From Takakia lepidozioides (taxonomy: Eukaryota; Plantae; Bryophyta): 64,000 nucleotides of DNA. This document shows, in pieces, positions 61,262-64,000 of the stretch. The stretch spans positions 93,682,001 through 93,746,000 of the forward strand of contig CM060731.1 of assembly GCA_030704615.1 (NCBI GenBank). The letters are read 5' to 3'. The stretch's first letter is position 1. Each line of letters opens with the position of its first letter. Under the pieces are notes generated by a model. It saw only the letters and a program-made list of their open reading frames with translations. It made no database searches and was not told the DNA's origin. Position numbers and translations under genes: made by a program.

Positions 61262-63430
61262 GCAGATTTACAAACAAAAAACCGGAAAGGGGGGCACAAA
61301 CAGTGTGCGTTGCCGCACACTGTTTCGTGCTTCCAACTACCGGTGTTTGGAACTTGGCACACTAGACCTGTGTGGCACATTTAGACATCAAACATGGCCC
61401 ATTTTGAACTCAAAAAACAGGCACAGAGGGGGCCACAAACAGTGTGCTTTGAAGCACACTGTTTGGGGCTTCCAATTAGGGGTATTTTGAGCATGGTATA
61501 CTGGCCCTTTGTGGCCCATTTTGAAATCAAAAAACAACCGGAAATGGGGGCCCAAACAGTGTGCGTTGCCGCACACTGTTTCGTGCTTCCAATTAGGGGT
61601 ATTTTGAGAATGGCATACTGGCCCTTTGTGGCCCATTTTGAAGTCAAAAAACAACCGGGAAGCGGGGCCCAAACGGTGTGCATTGCCGCACACTGTTTGG
61701 TGCTTCCAACTACCGGTGTTTTCAACTTGACACACTGGCCCTGTGTGCCACATTTAGACATCAAACATGGCCCATTTTGAAATCAAAAAATAGGCACAGA
61801 GGGGGCCTCAAATAGTGTGCTTTGAAGCACAGTGTTTGGGGCTTCCAATCAGGGGTATTTTGAGCATGGCATACTGGCCATTTGTGGCCCATTTTGAAGT
61901 AAAAAAACAACCGGAAAGGGGGGCCCAAACATTGTGCGTTGTCGCACACTGTTTGGTGCTTCCAACTACCGGTGTTTTGAACTTGGCACACTGGCCCTGT
62001 GTGATACATTTAGACATAAAACATGGCCCGTTTTGAAATAAAAAAACAGGCACAGAGGGGCCACAAACAATGTGCTTTGAAGCACACTGTTTGGGGCTTC
62101 CAATTAGGGGTATTTTGAGCATGGCATATTGGCCTTTTGTGGCCCATTTTGAAGTCAAAAAACAACCGGAAAGGGGGGCCCAAACAGTGTGCGTTGCCAC
62201 ACACTATTTGATGCTTCCAACTATGGGTGTTTTGAACTTGGCACACTGGCCCTGTGTGGCACATTTTGATCAAACATGGCCCATTTTGAAATAAAACAAC
62301 ATGCATCGAGGGGGCCTCAAATAGTGTGCTTTGAAGCACACTGTTTGGGGCTTCCAATTAGGGGTATTTTGAGCATGGCATACTAACCCTTTGTGGCCCA
62401 TTTTGAAGTCAAAAAAGAACCGGAAAGGGGGGCCCAAACAGTGTGCGTTGTCGCACACTATTTGGTGCTGCCAACTATGGGTGTTTTGAACTTGGCACAC
62501 TGGCCCTGTGTGGCATATTTAGACATCAAACATGGCCCATTTTGAAATAAGAAAATAGGCACAGAGGGGGCCTCAAACAGTGTGCTTTGAAGCACACTGT
62601 TTGGGGCTTCCAATTAGGGGTATTTTGAGCATGGCATACTGGCCATTTGTGGCCCATTTTGAAGTAATAAAAACAACCGGAAAGGGGGGCCCAAACAGTG
62701 TGCGTTGCCGCACAGTGTTTGGTGCTTCCAACTACGGGTGTTTTGAACTTGGCACACTGGCCCTGTGTGGCACATTTGGATAAAAAAACAGGCACAGAGG
62801 GGCCCCAAACAGTGTGCTTCAAAGCACACTGTTTGGGGCCTCCAATTAGGGGTATTTTGAGCATGGCATACTGGCCATTTGTGGCCCATTTTGATGTCAA
62901 AAAACAACCGGAAAGGGGGGCCTAAACAGTGTGCGTTGCCGCACACTGTTTGGTGCTTCCAATTAGGGGTATTTTGTGCATGGCATACTGGCCTTTTGTG
63001 GCCCATTTTGAAGTCAGAAAACAACCGGAAGGGGGGGCCCAAACAGTGTGCGTTGCCGTACACTGTTTGGTGCTTCCAACTATGGGTGTTTTGAACTTGG
63101 CACACTGGCCCTGTGTGGCACATTTATACATCAAACATGGCCCATTTTGAAATCAAAAAATAGGCACAGAGGGGGCCTCAAATAATGTGCTTTGAAGCAC
63201 AGTGTTTGGGGCTTCCAATTAGGGGTATCTTGAGCATGGCATACTGGCCCTTTGTGGCCCATTTTGAAGTAAAAAAACAATCGGAAAGGGGGGCCCAAAC
63301 AGTGTGCGTTGCCGCACACTGTTGGTGCTTCCAACTATGGGTGTTTTGAACTTGGCACACTGGCCTACTGTGGCACATTTACACATCAAAACACAACCAG
63401 AAAGGGGGGCACAAATAGTTTGCATTGCCG
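61262..63430. repeat. Tandem satellite, ~255-bp dimeric unit of two palindrome-bearing subunits
   Basis: ACATTTAGACATCAAACATGG-like marker at ~61377, 61750, 62006, 62261, 62515, 62773, 63120 and 63375. Subunits carry AAACAGTGTGCTT-TG-AAGCACACTGTTT and AAACAGTGTGCG-TTGC-CGCACACTGTTT. Confidence 0.95.
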
Positions 63431-63549
63431 AAACCATTGGTTGGCAGGATCAGTAGTTACCCCTGGCACTGCAGCATCGGTCATGCAACAGAAAGACACA
63501 GTTCATGTGAAACGCGAGGTGAGCATATCCAGTACATTCGTGACTCTTT

Positions 63550-63845
63550 CAGACTCGTCCTCGGAGGATGTTTTTGAGATTCCTCGGCTAGTCTAGACTC
63601 CATTCTTGGATGATGACGAATTGCAGGAGATAACGAGTGTCATTCCGAAATTGAAAGCCCTCGCAGGGGTGCCTGGGTGCAAGAGCGAGCTGCGTTTTGT
63701 TGATTGGGAGTCCCTTCGGGTGCAGAGGGTTCAATATGGAGGAGCAGAGTTTGACGGGGACATTTGTTCTCCACCCTCCCACGTCTTCCAGTGGACTAGC
63801 TGGGCTTCTGCAGGGCATGGACAAGAAACATGACGGACACGGTTC
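63550..63845 (+). pseudogene. N-terminal remnant of a third, more divergent MULE-family transposase
   Basis: KSELRFVDWESLRVQRVQY..EFDGDI..PP and (shifted frame) GMDKKHDGH align with copy 1 RSELAALDYAKFPVRKV..EVDGNVIFEFPP and copy 2 MDRKHDGH. Confidence 0.7.
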
Positions 63846-64000
63846 AATAGGGAGCGCACATGCCTCTTCCATTGGAGTCAATCTTTGGCACGTCATACAA
63901 AGCGTTGCATTCGACCTGACCTTCAGTTGGAGGACAGAAGGCTCTGCCTCGAGTACAAAAATGCCACCTCAATGGGAGAAGCTGAGAGCACTTACCAAGC

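Noticed and set aside
61063-63437. Many 60-170 aa ORFs on both strands
   Set aside because: Translations of the satellite with repetitive peptides in several frames.

Overview
Eukaryotic, TE-dense plant DNA, probably from a bryophyte or other flagellated-sperm land plant. The only intact host gene is an 8-exon PF16/SPAG6 axonemal armadillo-repeat gene on the minus strand (49220-59152). The rest is nested mobile DNA: (i) two decayed Mutator-like (MULE) elements with a GCM-like Zn domain, DDE core and SWIM finger, plus a third N-terminal remnant, associated with arrays of TGC-N6-GCA palindromes; (ii) a decayed CACTA/En-Spm element; (iii) a non-LTR retrotransposon remnant whose ORF reads chromodomain, PCIF1-like amino-methyltransferase-like segment, RNase H, Zn knuckle, restriction-like endonuclease, split by (iv) a young full-length 12.4-kb Ty3/gypsy element (AATGC target duplication, extra ORFs on both sides of gag-pol); (v) a decayed chromovirus-type Ty3/gypsy; (vi) MITEs, a PPR E-domain fragment and a 2.2-kb palindromic satellite. 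Beside the satellite is a spliced remnant of a second, N4C/N6A-type DNA methyltransferase-like gene. The two TE-associated methyltransferase-like modules and the GCM-MULE/palindrome system are the most interesting signals. All domain calls are by-eye motif recognition; no searches were run.
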